A DNA stretch of 37,062 bases from Octopus bimaculoides (Eukaryota), in contig NC_068982.1 of NCBI RefSeq assembly GCF_001194135.2, forward strand, positions 9,282,763 through 9,319,824, in the 5' to 3' direction. This document shows positions 34,751-37,062 of the stretch, piece after piece. The notes under the pieces are model-generated. The model searched no databases. It was not told the DNA's origin and saw only the letters and a list, made by a program, of their open reading frames with translations. The position numbers were made by a program, and so were the translations under genes. Every line of letters starts with the position of its first letter. Position 1 is the stretch's first letter.

Positions 34751-35449
34751 CTATATCTCGATTTTATACAATACAAAATTTCTCAATAGTTTATCGAATA
34801 AACATGATGCTCTTAATTAGTGTGCAATGAATTTGTGCGTAAATCTATACCTTATGCGTCAAGTTCACTGGAATATGCTTGTAATAAATATTCAGATTTC
34901 TAATCGATATTTTTGCTTGCCTAGCTATTGAAATTGAAACCTATTTAATCATTATATCTTCTTTCATTGTATGCAATTAATTACCACTGACTAAATCACA
35001 TTTGTGTATCTTCTAACAATAATTTCTTCTTGCTCCAAAAGAAAAGAATTCATTGATTAAAATTGTTTGATATATTTTTGATGCACTAACAATCACAACC
35101 CCGCAGTTAGACAGAATTATATTACATAAGTGCTTGTTATTTAATTTGTTATTGACGGGTGCTTGTTATTTAATTTTATTCATGTCCTACATTTTGTTTC
35201 GACCACCTCAAATCTAAGTATCTTCTTTTCCTTTACTTATTCCAGTCATATTGGAGCACTGCCTTGGAAAGTTTTTCTTCAAATGAACCAACCCAAGTAC
35301 TTATATATTTTTAAAGCCTGTTATCTATTTCATATAACGCTTTTGCCGCTTCTACTGGTCCGCCACAAGTAGTAAAGCAATTAACGGTAATATATTTACC
35401 CATGGAACAACGAAAAGCACAGAATGAAATTGGTATTCATTAGAAATAT

Positions 35450-35655
35450 TGGCTTCAAATTTTGGCACAAGGACAGCAAGTTCTAGCAATGGGCAAGTCG
35501 TTTACATCCATTCCAGTGTTCAACTGGTACTTATCTCATCTACCGCGAAAGTATGTGAAAGTTGAAGTCAAACTCGGTGGAATTTGAACTCAGATCATAA
35601 AGACGAACGGGATGCTGTTAAGCGTTTTGTCTAGCGTGCTAACGATTCTGCCAGC
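35450..35655 (-). mobile_element. Nin-SINE (older copy)
   Basis: Core, B-box and tail AATATTGGCTTCAAATTTTGGCACAAGG. Confidence 0.8.
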
Positions 35656-35669
35656 GTATTAGAAATATT

Positions 35670-35869
35670 CTTTTTTACTCTAGGCACAGGGCCCGAAATA
35701 TGGGGGAGTGGGCCAGTCGATTAGATCGACCCTAGTACGCAACTGGTACTTAAGTTATCGAACCCAAAAGGTTGAAAGGAAAAGTCGACTTCGGCGGAAT
35801 TTGAACTCAGAACGTAAAGACAGACGAAATACTTAGCATTTCGCCCAGCGTGCTGACGATACTGCCAGT
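35670..35869 (-). mobile_element. Nin-SINE with 14-bp TSD
   Basis: GTATTAGAAATATT at 35656-35669 and 35870-35883. Confidence 0.85.
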
Positions 35870-36259
35870 GTATTAGAAATATTATCATGATATTAACAAG
35901 CACAAAGTGGGCCATCAAAAATCGTTTCCAAAACTCATACAAGAATCAACATCGACAGAACAACCCGTTCGAGACAATAGAGGAGCGGCTACATGGAAAC
36001 CTGATCTGCTAGAAATAGCAGTCAATTCTCATTTAAATCATTCTTGATCACATTAAAAAACGAAGGAAGCTTAGAGTTAGCTCTAAATACATTATATATA
36101 AACCAAAAGTAAAATGTTTCCGGCTTTTTGATGTTAGACATATTGGACCAAGGCTGTCCCGAACTAAATGACAAACACAAACTCAATCTTATCTGGAAAT
36201 TGTTGTAGGGGTTGTTTGTATGATTAGGGCGAGTCATTAGCGAGGATCCTTTCATACTT

Positions 36260-36368
36260 ACTGATCCCTATATTTCTACTCTTTTATTGTTTTATTCTTT
36301 TACTGGTTTCAGTTTTTAGACTGAGGCAATGCCTTGAAGTATTTTTAGTCGAATGAGTCAACACCACT

Positions 36369-36399
<31 letters not shown>

Positions 36400-36740
36400 A
36401 GCTTGACACTTACTCTGTCGGTTTCTTTTAGTGAACTGCTAATGTATGGGGACGTAAACACACCAACACTGGTTGTCAAACGGTGGTGGCGGACACAAAC
36501 ATAGACACAGACTCACACACACACACATCTTTTTTATTGTTCTTTTACACACACACACACACATAAATATCTTTTATTCTTCTTTTACACACACACACAT
36601 ACACTACGGGCTTCTTTCCGTCTCCCTCATCTGAATCCATTCTGAAGGCTTTGGTCGATCTTAGATTATAGTAGAAGACACTTTCCCAAGGTGCCAGGCA
36701 GTGGGACTGAACCTGGAACTATTAGTTTGGGAAGCCAGAC
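36260..36740 (-). mobile_element. Diverged full-length OK-like SINE
   Basis: GGGGACGTAAACACACC...AGAAGACACTTTCCCAAGGTGCCAGGCAGTGGGACTGAACC. Confidence 0.75.
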
Positions 36741-37062
36741 TACGCCTTCAGGTCTTTGGGAGAATGGAAATACTACTTTATGCGCTAGGTATCTCCATCT
36801 CACTGATTTTGTACAGCAGCTTGTTTTCTTGAATTAGCTCAAGTTCTTCCTCTGCTAAATTTTGCAGCAGATATGTAGATATTGGCTTTTTACTGCATTT
36901 TCTTGGACTGTGTCAAATAATCATGGCCAAGCAATGGAATACGGCTTTTTTGACATAGTGACATTTTCTATAAATATTTTTATCTATTATGCAGCAGGAA
37001 CAAAGAGGAGTGCCCGTACGTCTCATTATTTTCCCCTGACAGTCTTCTATCTATATATGTAT

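Overview
Eukaryotic, AT-rich draft-assembly scaffold with many N-gaps, mostly flanked by microsatellites. The repeat families (tRNA-derived SINEs with a Nin-like core, OR/OK-like SINEs, dense AT/AC/AG/ATAG/TAC microsatellites) look characteristic of Octopus; this is recognition from memory, not a database result. No complete protein-coding gene can be identified. The window is mostly intronic or intergenic DNA packed with SINEs and decayed transposon pieces (HERO-type and R4/Dong-type restriction-like-endonuclease LINEs, an RTE LINE, a Tc1 transposase, a hAT/Buster MITE, Penelope-like ends). A few GC-richer islands carry good splice signals and may be exons of a large-intron gene, but strand and frame cannot be resolved. 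Main unexpected signals: (1) several minimal type-I hammerhead-ribozyme-like motifs with the palindromic ACGU stem III of Penelope dimer-cleaving hammerheads, one inside a tRNA-headed SINE; (2) Nin-SINE concatemers with an identical junction at three loci, one flanked as a whole by an 18-bp TSD; (3) 14-18-bp TSDs beginning AWTATT, with new SINEs stacked just upstream of older SINE heads.
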